From Thermoanaerobaculia bacterium (GTDB lineage Bacteria > Acidobacteriota > Thermoanaerobaculia > UBA5066), in the NCBI GenBank assembly GCA_963719225.1, contig CAVRAY010000001.1:1952001-2016000 (forward strand): a stretch of DNA of 64,000 bases, in the 5' to 3' direction. Of the stretch, positions 20,602 to 30,200 are shown piece by piece. The notes under the pieces were generated by a model, which saw nothing but the letters and a program-made list of their open reading frames with translations, was not told the DNA's origin and did no database searches. Every line of letters begins with the position of its first letter. Positions within the stretch are counted from its first letter, which is position 1. Position numbers and translations under genes: made by a program.

Positions 20602-23007
20602 ATGCCTCTGACCGAGGGCTCGAAAATCGGCCCGTACGAAGTCGTCGCGCGTCTGGGGGCGGGCGGCATGGGCGAGGTTTGGCGTGCACGCGACCCGCGG
20701 CTCGGGCGCGACGTCGCCATCAAGGTCCTTCCCGACGACATGTCACGTGACCCGGACCGCGTCGCGCGTTTTCGCGCGGAGGCGCGCGCGGCGTCCGCCC
20801 TCAACCATCCGAACATCATCGCGGTCTACGACATCGGTGAGGACGGCGGGCGGACGTACCTGGCGATGGAGCTCCTCGAGGGCACGAACCTGAGACAGCT
20901 CCTCGACGCCGGCGTGCCGCCGCTCTCGAAGGCGCTCCAGATCTCCTGCCAGATTGCCGAGGGACTCGCGGCCGCGCATGCGAGAGGCATCGTTCACCGC
21001 GACCTGAAGCCGGAGAACGTGATGCTGACGACGGACGGCGTCGTCAAGATCCTCGATTTCGGCCTGGCCAAGAGCTCACCGCTCGCGGCCTCGGGAGACG
21101 ACGAGCCGACGATGTCCGCGCCGCCGGTGACCTCGGCGGGGACGCTGCTCGGTACGGTCGGCTACATGTCCCCCGAGCAGGTTTCCGGAGCCGCCGTGGA
21201 TTTCCGCTCGGACCAGTTTTCGTTCGGCACGATCCTCTACGAGCTCGTGACCGGGCGCCGGGCGTGGAAAAAGACCACGCCTGCCGAGACGCTCGTTGCG
21301 ATCCTGAGAGAAGACCCGGCGCCGATCTCATCCGGCGATCACATCGTTCCCGCTGCCGTGAGCCGGATCGTCGACAGAAGCCTCTCCAAGGTTCCGCAAG
21401 ACCGCTACGGCTCGACCCGCGACCTCGCCGGAGACATCAGGTATCTCGTGGACCACTTTTCCGAGATCCAGGCCACGTCGGTCGTTCGTCTAGCCTTGAA
21501 ACCTCCGGTTCGCGGCATGCGCCGCTTCGCCGCGCCAGCCGTCCTCGGGTTCTCCGCCCTCATCGTCCTCGCGGCCCTCGGTGCGGTCATTCGGAACCGC
21601 CTCCAGCACGGTCATAGGGCAATCGAATCGCTCGCGGTCCTGCCGTTCGAGAACGGCACTCGCGACGCCGACAGCGAGTACCTGAGCGACGGCATCACCG
21701 AGAGCCTGATCGACCAGATGTCGCGCCTGCCCGCCCTCAAGGTCATGGCCCGCGCCACGGTTTTCCACTTCAAGGGTTCCATGGATCCGCAGGAAGCGGG
21801 CCGAAAGCTGGGCGTGGGCGCCGTCCTGATGGGAAGGATCTCCCGGCGGGACGGCCGTCTCTCGATCTCGGCGGAGCTGGTGGAGGTCGCGACCGGCGCG
21901 CGCCTCTGGGGCGAAAAGTACGACAGGCCGTTCGCGGACTTGCTCCGCGTGCAGGACGAGATCGCGTCGGTCATCTCCGACGGACTTCGTCTGAAGCTCA
22001 CGGAGCCGGAGAAGCGTGCCCTCGGCCGGCACGGCACCGAGAACCCGGAAGCCTACGAGCTGTATCTCAAAGCGCGCTACTTCTTCTACAAGGACACCGA
22101 GGAGGGATACCTCGAGGCGAGACGGCTCTTTAATCAGGCTGTCGAGAAAGACCCGAAGTTCGCGGAGGCTCATCTGGGCGCCGCGGAGACATTTGGCGTG
22201 ATGGCGGCGGACGGTTACTTGACGCCCGCCGAGGGATGCGCGCGACAACGCGAGGGGGCGCACAAAGCCCTCGCTCTCTCGCCTGGCCTGCCGCAGGCGC
22301 GCTTCGTCCTCGCCGACAGCCGGTTCTTCTGCGACTGGGACTGGGACGGCGCCGAGCGCGAGCTTCGCGAGCTCGTCGCGGACCCAACAGGGCTGGGAAC
22401 CCTCGATTTTCGTGTCCTCGCCCTCCTCCTCTGGTCGCGTGGTCGAACCGAAGAGGCGCTCTCGATCATGGAGAAGGCGCGGCGGGCCGACCCGGGAAAC
22501 CTCGCGTTCACCGTCACGACCGCCGACTACCTCAAGAAGGCCGGCAAACTCGAGGAGGCGGCCGCTCTTTACCGAACCGCGATGGAAGCCGATCCGTTGG
22601 ACCCGCGCGCGCCGTTCGGCCTGGCCGAGGTCCTGAAGCGCCAAGGAGACATGAGCGGCGCGGTCGGCGCTCTGCGCAAGGCTTACGAGCTCACCGGGGA
22701 GGACGAAGGCGTGAAGGCGCTCGCCTCTGCACGCACCGAGAAGGACTACGAAAACGCGCAGGTCGCGGTGGCTCGAGTCCGGCTCCGCGACCTGGAGGCG
22801 CTCGCGAAGGAGCGGTACGTCTCTCCGCTCGACCTGGCGCGCCTCGCGGCGCAGGCTGGGGAACGCGAGAAGGCGTTCCAACACCTCGATGCGGCGTTCG
22901 CCGAGCGCTCCGGCGGGCTCGTCCTTCTCAATGTGGATTCGGCATGGGACCGGATCCGCGAGGAGCCCCGATTCGCCGCTCTCGTTAAAAAGGTCGGAAT
23001 CCCCTGA
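20602..23007 (+). CDS. Hanks-type Ser/Thr kinase with TM helix, TolB-like domain and TPRs
   Basis: LGAGGMGEV, VAIK, HRDLKPEN, DFGLAK, YMSPEQ; TM helix; SLAVLPFEN; TPR helices. Confidence 0.93.
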   Translation: MPLTEGSKIGPYEVVARLGAGGMGEVWRARDPRLGRDVAIKVLPDDMSRDPDRVARFRAEARAASALNHPNIIAVYDIGEDGGRTYLAMELLEGTNLRQLLDAGVPPLSKALQISCQIAEGLAAAHARGIVHRDLKPENVMLTTDGVVKILDFGLAKSSPLAASGDDEPTMSAPPVTSAGTLLGTVGYMSPEQVSGAAVDFRSDQFSFGTILYELVTGRRAWKKTTPAETLVAILREDPAPISSGDHIVPAAVSRIVDRSLSKVPQDRYGSTRDLAGDIRYLVDHFSEIQATSVVRLALKPPVRGMRRFAAPAVLGFSALIVLAALGAVIRNRLQHGHRAIESLAVLPFENGTRDADSEYLSDGITESLIDQMSRLPALKVMARATVFHFKGSMDPQEAGRKLGVGAVLMGRISRRDGRLSISAELVEVATGARLWGEKYDRPFADLLRVQDEIASVISDGLRLKLTEPEKRALGRHGTENPEAYELYLKARYFFYKDTEEGYLEARRLFNQAVEKDPKFAEAHLGAAETFGVMAADGYLTPAEGCARQREGAHKALALSPGLPQARFVLADSRFFCDWDWDGAERELRELVADPTGLGTLDFRVLALLLWSRGRTEEALSIMEKARRADPGNLAFTVTTADYLKKAGKLEEAAALYRTAMEADPLDPRAPFGLAEVLKRQGDMSGAVGALRKAYELTGEDEGVKALASARTEKDYENAQVAVARVRLRDLEALAKERYVSPLDLARLAAQAGEREKAFQHLDAAFAERSGGLVLLNVDSAWDRIREEPRFAALVKKVGIP

Positions 23008-23049
23008 GGCGACTCGGCCCGTCAGAGAGATCGGAAGCCAGTGGCGCGC

Positions 23050-23577
23050 TCAGGGTTTCAGGTCGACGTTCTTTCTCGCCTTCGCGTGCAGCCCGACGGC
23101 CTCGTCGAGGGCGTCGAGGAGGGAGTCGCCGCTCGCGGGAGCCTTCAAGACGACTCCCCAGATCCTGCGCGCCTCCGCGAGCTCCTGGCGCGACGCGTTG
23201 TTGAGGACCGGGAGGATGACCGGGCCGGAGGATCCCGCCGGCGCGCGTTTCTCGACCGTCCGCGCGTCCGCGATGTCCACGAGCACGACGTCCGGGCTCT
23301 TGCCCCTCAGGAGTCCGTCGAGGTCCTGGGCGGAGGCGGCGGTGGCGGGACGGTAACCCGCGCGACTCAGGACGCTGTCGACGGAGAGATTCGCGAGTCC
23401 TGCGCTGAGAGCCGAAGCGGGGGGCGCGTAGATCAGGACCGTCGCGCGCGCGTTTCCGCGCTGAAAGCGTGCGCCGCGCCCGGCCACGAGGAACTTGTCG
23501 CCGCAGGCGAGGAGACTGGTGTTCGCGAAGACTCCTGCGATGCCGACGAAACCAATTACGCCGACGCGAAATCTCAT
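23050..23577 (-). CDS. Exported (signal peptide or lipobox LLAC) protein with a CheY-like receiver fold
   Basis: Start trimmed to MRFRVGVIG (GGGGGG upstream); AGYRPATAAS...PDVVLVD...PVILPV...VLKAP...LLDAL pattern. Confidence 0.6.
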   Translation of the reverse strand: MRFRVGVIGFVGIAGVFANTSLLACGDKFLVAGRGARFQRGNARATVLIYAPPASALSAGLANLSVDSVLSRAGYRPATAASAQDLDGLLRGKSPDVVLVDIADARTVEKRAPAGSSGPVILPVLNNASRQELAEARRIWGVVLKAPASGDSLLDALDEAVGLHAKARKNVDLKP

Positions 23578-23653
23578 GAACCCCCCAGGCCTGCGCGACC
23601 GGTCGAGAACCGGTCTCACCGCGTGACAAGAATAGCAGAAGGCGGCGCCCGCG

Positions 23654-24595
23654 TTACTTGGTTCCACCGAAATACCACGTCGCTCCGACGGTGTAGGCCT
23701 GCCCGTCGTGTGTGTCGGTTCCCCAGACGTACTTCGTGAACGAGGCAAAGACGTCGAACGATCCAACGGAGTACGAGACTCCGCCTCCGGCCTGCCAGTA
23801 GTTGTTGCGAAAGAGACGATGGAACTCGTCGAGGCGCTCGGGAGTATTGACGTCCCCGGGGAAGGGAAACGGGTCTCCACTCGGGGACCCGAGCCTCAAG
23901 CCGCCGTGCGTCTTTTGCCAGACACCGGTCGCGCGGAGGAAGAGCCGGCGGGTCACCGCGTACCCGATCTCGACCGTGCCGTTGCTCCGGTCGTTCGGAA
24001 TCCCGAGGAACTGCTCGACGAACGAGTACGTGTAGCCGGCCTGGAGGCTGGCCTTGGGCAGAAGGCCGGCGAGGCGCAGAGACGCGTTCACGCCCAGCGC
24101 GACCTCCCTGCGATCGAAACCCACGACCGCCTCCCCCTGATAGGGATAGTCGTGGCTGGGTTCGACCAGCCTTACGAGCGGGGTGACGGCCCACGGGTCG
24201 TTTCCGAGGCGGTAGCGGGCCGTGAGGGAAAAGTCCTGGAAAGTCGAATGCCAGCAATGGCACTCGTCGTTGGCAGAGTAGTCGTAGGGGATAAACGGCG
24301 GCGGCGGCCCCCCCAGCCATCTCGCGAAGACGTAGGGAAGGCCGAGAGTCGCGGAAAGGCGATCCGTGACGCCGTAATCCGCCTCGAGGAACACGGTGAC
24401 CGTTTCGGTGGGCCCGACCGACAGGCGGGTTCCGTCGCTGAACCGGCGGCCGGTGTCGTCGTAGTACTGGAGGGCGAAGGTCAGGGATCCGACGCCCCTC
24501 GGGAGCGTAAAGGCCTGCGCGGCGAGGGGAGCCGGAACGGACGCGAGCGCGCCCGCGACCGCGAGAGGGAAAAGGAAACGGCGCGCCGCGGTCAT
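23654..24595 (-). CDS. Putative outer-membrane beta-barrel protein
   Basis: Signal peptide; alternating aromatic beta-strands (EADYGVTDRLS, YTVGATWYF near the C-terminus). Confidence 0.7.
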   Translation of the reverse strand: MTAARRFLFPLAVAGALASVPAPLAAQAFTLPRGVGSLTFALQYYDDTGRRFSDGTRLSVGPTETVTVFLEADYGVTDRLSATLGLPYVFARWLGGPPPPFIPYDYSANDECHCWHSTFQDFSLTARYRLGNDPWAVTPLVRLVEPSHDYPYQGEAVVGFDRREVALGVNASLRLAGLLPKASLQAGYTYSFVEQFLGIPNDRSNGTVEIGYAVTRRLFLRATGVWQKTHGGLRLGSPSGDPFPFPGDVNTPERLDEFHRLFRNNYWQAGGGVSYSVGSFDVFASFTKYVWGTDTHDGQAYTVGATWYFGGTK

Positions 24596-24760
24596 CGTGC
24601 CACGCTTTCGCGCATCCAGGTCTCACGAACCTCGATCGGGTTCATCTGAGCCTCCCGAGCCTCGCCGGCTCGTCGAAAACAGTTCCGGGATGTCCATCGA
24701 AGATATCAAAGGCGGCGCCGCCCACGTTCAATCTGGCGCCGTGACCGGCGGAAGTCCTTG

Positions 24761-24782
24761 TAGAATTCTCAGGATTTCCTGA
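24761..24782 (+). promoter_or_regulatory. -10 box (TAGAAT) followed by the palindrome TCAGGA-TT-TCCTGA, candidate autoregulatory site
   Basis: TAGAAT at 24761-24766; perfect 6-2-6 dyad at 24769-24782 ending on the A of the ATG. Confidence 0.5.
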
Positions 24783-25435
24783 TGACCGCGAGCGTCGACC
24801 CTCCGAAAAAGGTCTCCATTGGCGCCTTCGCCTTCGACGCGGAACGCCGCCAGATCCTCGGAGAAAGCGGGCCGGTCGCTCTTTCTTCGAAGGAGTTCGA
24901 GCTCCTTGCCCTCCTCGTCTCGAGGAGGCCGCGCGCCGTCTCGAAGGAAGAGATCCAGGACGCGCTGTGGCCCCGAACGGCCGTGGCCGAGACGAGCCTG
25001 ACCACGCTCGTCAGAGAAGTTCGGACCAAGCTCGGCCAGGAGGGCCGCGAAGGGCCCATTCGCACCGTGCATGGTTTCGGATACGCGCTGGAGGCCGACG
25101 AGGAACTCCCGGCGCAATCCACGGGACCCCGCCTCCTGCGGGGTGCGGCGGAGATCAAGCTGGCGTCGCCCGAGCTCGTTCTGGGGCGCGAGCCGGGACA
25201 CCCCGGAACGATCGACGACGCCTCCGTTTCGAGGCGCCACGCGCGCCTGAGCTGGGACGGCGCGGCGGTCTTCCTGTCGGACCTCGGGAGCAAGAACGGG
25301 ACGTTCGTGAAGGGAGTCCGCGTCTCCGAACCCGTCGCTCTCGAGGACGGGGACGAGATCCGACTCGGCCTCGTGTCGTTCGTCTACCGTGCGCCGCGTT
25401 ACGCGGGCGAATCAACCACGAATACGGTCGCTTGA
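24782..25435 (+). CDS. Transcriptional regulator, OmpR-type winged helix plus FHA domain
   Basis: LSSKEFELL...LWP...VRTKLG...IRTVHGFGY; FHA motifs LGR...SVSRRHA...DLGSKNGTFV. Confidence 0.9.
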   Translation: MTASVDPPKKVSIGAFAFDAERRQILGESGPVALSSKEFELLALLVSRRPRAVSKEEIQDALWPRTAVAETSLTTLVREVRTKLGQEGREGPIRTVHGFGYALEADEELPAQSTGPRLLRGAAEIKLASPELVLGREPGHPGTIDDASVSRRHARLSWDGAAVFLSDLGSKNGTFVKGVRVSEPVALEDGDEIRLGLVSFVYRAPRYAGESTTNTVA

Positions 25436-25436
25436 T

Positions 25437-25943
25437 TCATCGCGGCGCCAGGGCGCGTCGCCCGGGGTCCGTCGCGCGGTCGATCCGAAACATGAAGCAT
25501 CCCCAGGTGCTGTTCCGTGCGTGCAGGTACGAAACGCGCGGATTCTCGAAGAGGCGCGCGATGACGTGCTCGACCGACTGCTTCCCCACGAGTTCCGCGT
25601 CCTCGATCTCGTCCCGTTCGTCGTACGCGCGCAGGACGACGGCTTCGCGTGGGAACTCGACGGGGTATTCCCGATCGTCTTCGTAAGGTCGGCATTCCCT
25701 CTCGTGAATGAAGACGGGACCGACCTCGGCGTACGGCTGATCGGACGTGAAAGGAGAGTAGGACAGGAGGATGCATCCTTCCCCGGGTTCCGTCAGCCGG
25801 AGGCAGGCGCGACATTGATGGGGAGAGGGGTCGCGGCGCACCGAGAGGGAATGGCCGAAGTCGTCCTTCATCTCGCGGCGAATCCGCGAGGCGACGTCGG
25901 GGTGAAGCGGGGAGATCCGGAACGACTCCACGAGTACTTTCAT
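25437..25943 (-). CDS. DUF1203 domain protein
   Basis: CRACLR, LLSYSPF, PYAEVGPVFIH, LRAYD, YLHARN...GCF; start trimmed to MKVLVE. Confidence 0.85.
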   Translation of the reverse strand: MKVLVESFRISPLHPDVASRIRREMKDDFGHSLSVRRDPSPHQCRACLRLTEPGEGCILLSYSPFTSDQPYAEVGPVFIHERECRPYEDDREYPVEFPREAVVLRAYDERDEIEDAELVGKQSVEHVIARLFENPRVSYLHARNSTWGCFMFRIDRATDPGRRALAPR

Positions 25944-26071
25944 GCTCACAAGATGCACCGTCGGCGGCTGGGAATCTGGCCGTTTTCGGACGTGACAACC
26001 CGGGCCCTGCTCTCGAGCTTGATCGCCCCGAGCCGCTGTGAGACCGTCCACGCCCGGAGGCGCAAAGGGGC

Positions 26072-27223
26072 GTGAGCGATTCGGCGGCCGTGCGGGTGGA
26101 TCCCGTCTCCTCCTCGCCCGACCTCAAGGAGTTCGTCGAGCTGCCGTACCGAATTTACGCCGGTGATCCGAGCTGGCCGCCGCCGCTGCGCTCGGACGTG
26201 CGCTGGATGCTCGACGAGGCGAAGAATCCGTTCTGGAAACACGCGAAAAGGAAGCTCTTCCTGGCGCGGCGCGGGGGCAAGGTCGTCGGTCGCATCGCGG
26301 CGATCGCGGACGCCGAGCACAACCGGGTCCACGCGGACAAGACGGGGTTCTTCGGATTCTTCGAATGTGAGAACGATCCGGAAGCGGCGCGCGCCCTTCT
26401 TGGCGCCGCCGAGGCTGCGGCGCGAGAGCTCCTCCCGGGCTGCGACCGGTTGCGAGGCCCCGCGAACCCATCCTTGAACGACGAGGTGGGAGCATTCGTC
26501 CCGGGCGAAAGCGACCCGGGGCTGCCGTTCCTCATGATGACGTACAACCCCGCGTATTACCTCGACCTCTTCGCGGACGCGGGCTACGCGAAGGAGAAGG
26601 ACCTCGTCGCGATCCTCGCGCCCGTGAGCGACGTCTCGTTCAAGCGCCTCGCGCGCCTCGCGGAAGGCGTGAGGCGCCGCGAGCCCAAGCTCGTCGTGCG
26701 GCCGATCCGCATGGGCAAGTTCGACGAGGACCTCGCGATCGTCAAGACGATCTACAACGGGGCGTGGGAGAAGAACTGGGGCTTCGTGCCGATGACGTCC
26801 GACGAGATCGACGCGATGGCGAAGAAGCTCAAGCCCATCCTCTATCCGCCCTACATCCTCTTCGCGGAGATCGACGGGAAGCCCGCGGCCTTCCACCTCG
26901 CGCTTCCGGACTTCAATCAGGTCCTCGTGAAAATGGGAGGATCGCTGTTTCCCCTCGGTTGGCTGAAGTTCCTGACCGAGAGGAAGAAGATCGACCGCTG
27001 CCGCACGATGGCGCTCGGCGTGCTGCCGGAGTACCGCAAGCGGGGCCTCGACGCCGTCCTCTATTACGAGGCCATGAAGGAAGGAATCCGCATCGGCCAC
27101 AAGTGGGCGGAGTTCTCGTGGATGCTCGAAGACAACCTCGACATCCTGAAACCCCTCGAAGTGTTCGGCGGGCGCGTGTACCGGCGCTACCGGCTCGTCG
27201 CACGGAGCCTCGTCGCGCCGTAG
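26072..27223 (+). CDS. GNAT-fold protein, candidate bacterial ceramide synthase bCerS
   Basis: FVELPYRIY..DPSWPPPL, NPFW.HA, VGRIAA, GFFGFFEC, RGP.NPS.N, MMTYNP.YY, W..NWGFVPM, SWMLEDN. Confidence 0.8.
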   Translation: MSDSAAVRVDPVSSSPDLKEFVELPYRIYAGDPSWPPPLRSDVRWMLDEAKNPFWKHAKRKLFLARRGGKVVGRIAAIADAEHNRVHADKTGFFGFFECENDPEAARALLGAAEAAARELLPGCDRLRGPANPSLNDEVGAFVPGESDPGLPFLMMTYNPAYYLDLFADAGYAKEKDLVAILAPVSDVSFKRLARLAEGVRRREPKLVVRPIRMGKFDEDLAIVKTIYNGAWEKNWGFVPMTSDEIDAMAKKLKPILYPPYILFAEIDGKPAAFHLALPDFNQVLVKMGGSLFPLGWLKFLTERKKIDRCRTMALGVLPEYRKRGLDAVLYYEAMKEGIRIGHKWAEFSWMLEDNLDILKPLEVFGGRVYRRYRLVARSLVAP

Positions 27224-27224
27224 A

Positions 27225-30200
27225 ATGCCGTTCAAGGTTTTCCGGTTGAAGTATCCGGTTCGATCTCTTGCGCTCGGTGTCTGCGCCCTCGTCGCGCTCT
27301 GCGCCGCGGCGCCGGCCCGGGCTCAAACGTACGAGATCGTCACCGCGTTCACCGTTCCCGCCGCGCAGCCGGTCGCCGGCCTCGTGCAGGGGACCGACGG
27401 CTTCTTCTATGGAACGACGCGGGGCGGGGGGGCCTCCTCCGGCGGCACGGTCTTCAGGATCGACTCCGCCGGCAACCTCACGACGCTTCACACCTTCTCT
27501 TACGAGGACGGGAACGACCCTGAGGCCGGCCTCATTCAGGCGAGTGACGGCAGCTTCTACGGCACGACGTACGGGGGTGGCGCGCACGGTTTCGGCACGG
27601 TGTTCAAGATCGACAGTGCCGGCGACCTGACCACCCTGCACTCGTTTGCTGGCGACGACCAGAGCACGTCCGGCAACGACGGGGGCCATCCTGTCGCCCC
27701 GCTCGTGCAGGCGCCCGACGGGAACTTCTACGGCACCACGTCCTCGGGCGGCCTCTCGTTCAACGACCTCGGCACCGTCTTCAAGATGACACCCGCCGGG
27801 ACGGTGACGATCATCCACAGCTTCACGGGGGGCCCGAGCGACGGCGTCTATCCGGTCGCCGGCCTCGTCTACAGCTCTGCAGACGCGAAGCTGTACGGCA
27901 CGACCCAGGTCGGAGGAGGCGGCTCGGGCATGGTGTTCCGCCTCAGCCTCGACGGATCGAACTTCGCCGATCTTCACAACTTCGTGATCACCGACGGCGC
28001 CGCCCCGAGCGCCGCCCTCGTCGCTGCGAACGGAAAGTTCTACGGCACGACGAAGTCGGGCGGCAGCGCCGGCTTCGGGACGATCTTCAGCATCGACGTC
28101 CCCGGCACATTCGCGGTGCTGAAGCACCTCGGCGCTGCCGACGGGCATGCTCCGACCGCGCCGCTCTTCCTCGCGGGCGACGGAAAGCTCTACGGCACGA
28201 CGACGGCCGGCGGCACCAACGATCTCGGGACCACCTTCAAGGTCGATTTCGCCGGCACCCTGACGACGCTGCACCCGATCGCCGCGGGCGAAGGCTCCAC
28301 GCCGCTCGGCGGAGTCGTGCAGGGAAGCGACGGCAACTTCTACGGGACGGCGAGGGACGGCGGCGCGTTCGGCGGCGGCACCGTGTTCAAGATGACTTCC
28401 GCGGGGGCGCTGACGAAGATCTACGACTTCGGTGGTTCGAGCACCGGCTACGAGCCGGAGTCGGGCGTCCTGCAGGCGAACGACGGCAATCTCTATGGCA
28501 CGACGTTCTGGGGCGGCCCGGGCAACTTCGGGACCATCTACAAGCTCACGTTCGCCGGAACGCGTACGATCGTCCACAACTTTTCCGGCGCCGACGGCTC
28601 CGCGCCGTGGGCCAAGCTCATTCAGCTCAGTGACGGCAAGCTCTACGGCACTGCCAGCCGCGACGGCGGGTCGCACTGGGGCACCGCGTTCAGCGTCACC
28701 CTTGCCGGCACCTTCTCGCTGCTCCACAGCTTCAATGGGACCGACGGGCTCGGCCCCCGTGATGCCGCCCTCGTTCTGCGGCCGGCCGACGGCATGCTCT
28801 ACGGCACGACCGAGGGCGGGGGCACGGGTCTCGGGAACGCGTTCAAGATGTCGACCGCGGGCGCGGTCACGTCCATCCACGCCTTCAACTTGACGGACGG
28901 CGCCTACCCGAGCGACGGCCTGCTGCTCGGGACCGACGGAAACCTCTACGGTACGACCGCGAGCGGAGGCGCCGCGGTCGCCCAGGGCAACGTCATCAAG
29001 ATCACGCCCGCCGGAGCCGTGACGGTCCTCCACGAGTTCAACCACACGCAGGGCGCCGACGATGACGGCATGTGGCCCGTGGGCGGTCTCATCCGCGCGA
29101 CGGACGGCAAGTTCTATGGGACGACGCGCGCAGGCGGCGCGAACACGGCCGGAAACGTCTTCCGGATCGACGCCGCCGGCACCTACGCCTCCATCCACAG
29201 CTTCTCGGGAAGCGACGGGAGCGAGCCTTACGGCAACCTCCTGCAGGCCTCCGACGGCAGGCTCTACGGCACCACCTTGACGGGCGGCGCCCATGGCCAC
29301 GGGACGGTCTTCAGTATCGACACCGCCGGCACCGACTTCTCGTCGCTTCACAGCCTTACGCTCGAGGAGGGTGCGGGCCCGCGCGGCGGCCTGATACAGG
29401 CTTCCGACGGCAAAGTCTACGGCGTCACGGGTGGGGGAGGCCCGGGAAAAGCCGGTGTCGTCTTCAGACTGACGCTCGCGGGCTGCACGCCTCCGGCGCC
29501 GCCGACCGCCGGCAACAACGGGCCGAAATGCGCGGGGCAGACCCTGCAGCTCACCGCCTCGACGATCGGAGGCGCGACGTACGCGTGGACCGGTCCCAAC
29601 AGTTTCACGTCGGCGCTGCAGAACCCGAGCATCGCCGCCGCGACGACCGCGGCCTCCGGCACGTACAGCGTGCGGGCCACCGTGGCCGGCTGCACGTCGG
29701 CCGCCGCCACGACGACGGCGACCGTCAATCCGCTCCCGTCCCCGGCCATCACCGCGCCGTCACCGCTTTGTCCCAACGTTACGGGCCAGGTCGCGTCGGT
29801 CCCCGCCGCGGGACCTGGCGCCACGTACGCGTGGTCGATCGTGAACGGAACGATCACGGCCGGCTCCGGCACGCGCACGATCACGTTTTCGGCGGGCGCA
29901 AGCGGCAGCGTCACGTTGAACGTCACCGTGACGAGCGCGAGCGGCTGCGCCTCCTCCGGTTCGCTGCCGATCCCGATCTCCACTTCCTGCGGCTCCGCGT
30001 CGCGCTTCTTCCCGGTGACACCGTGCCGGCTCGCCGACACGCGCAATCCGACAGGCCCCCTCGGAGGCCCGGCGCTCGCCGCGGGAGCGCAGCGCTCGTT
30101 CCCGTTGACCGGCACGTGCGGCGTCCCGGCGGGAACGCGCGCTCTCTCTCTGAACGTCACGATCACGTCCCCGACGTCCGCCGGCGATCTGAAGCTCTTC

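Noticed and set aside
27350-29480. Periodic CTCTACGGCACGAC-like DNA repeats resembling an array
   Set aside because: They are degenerate, in frame and about 150 bp apart, and are fully explained by protein repeats; there are no identical repeats with unique spacers and no cas genes, so this is not CRISPR.
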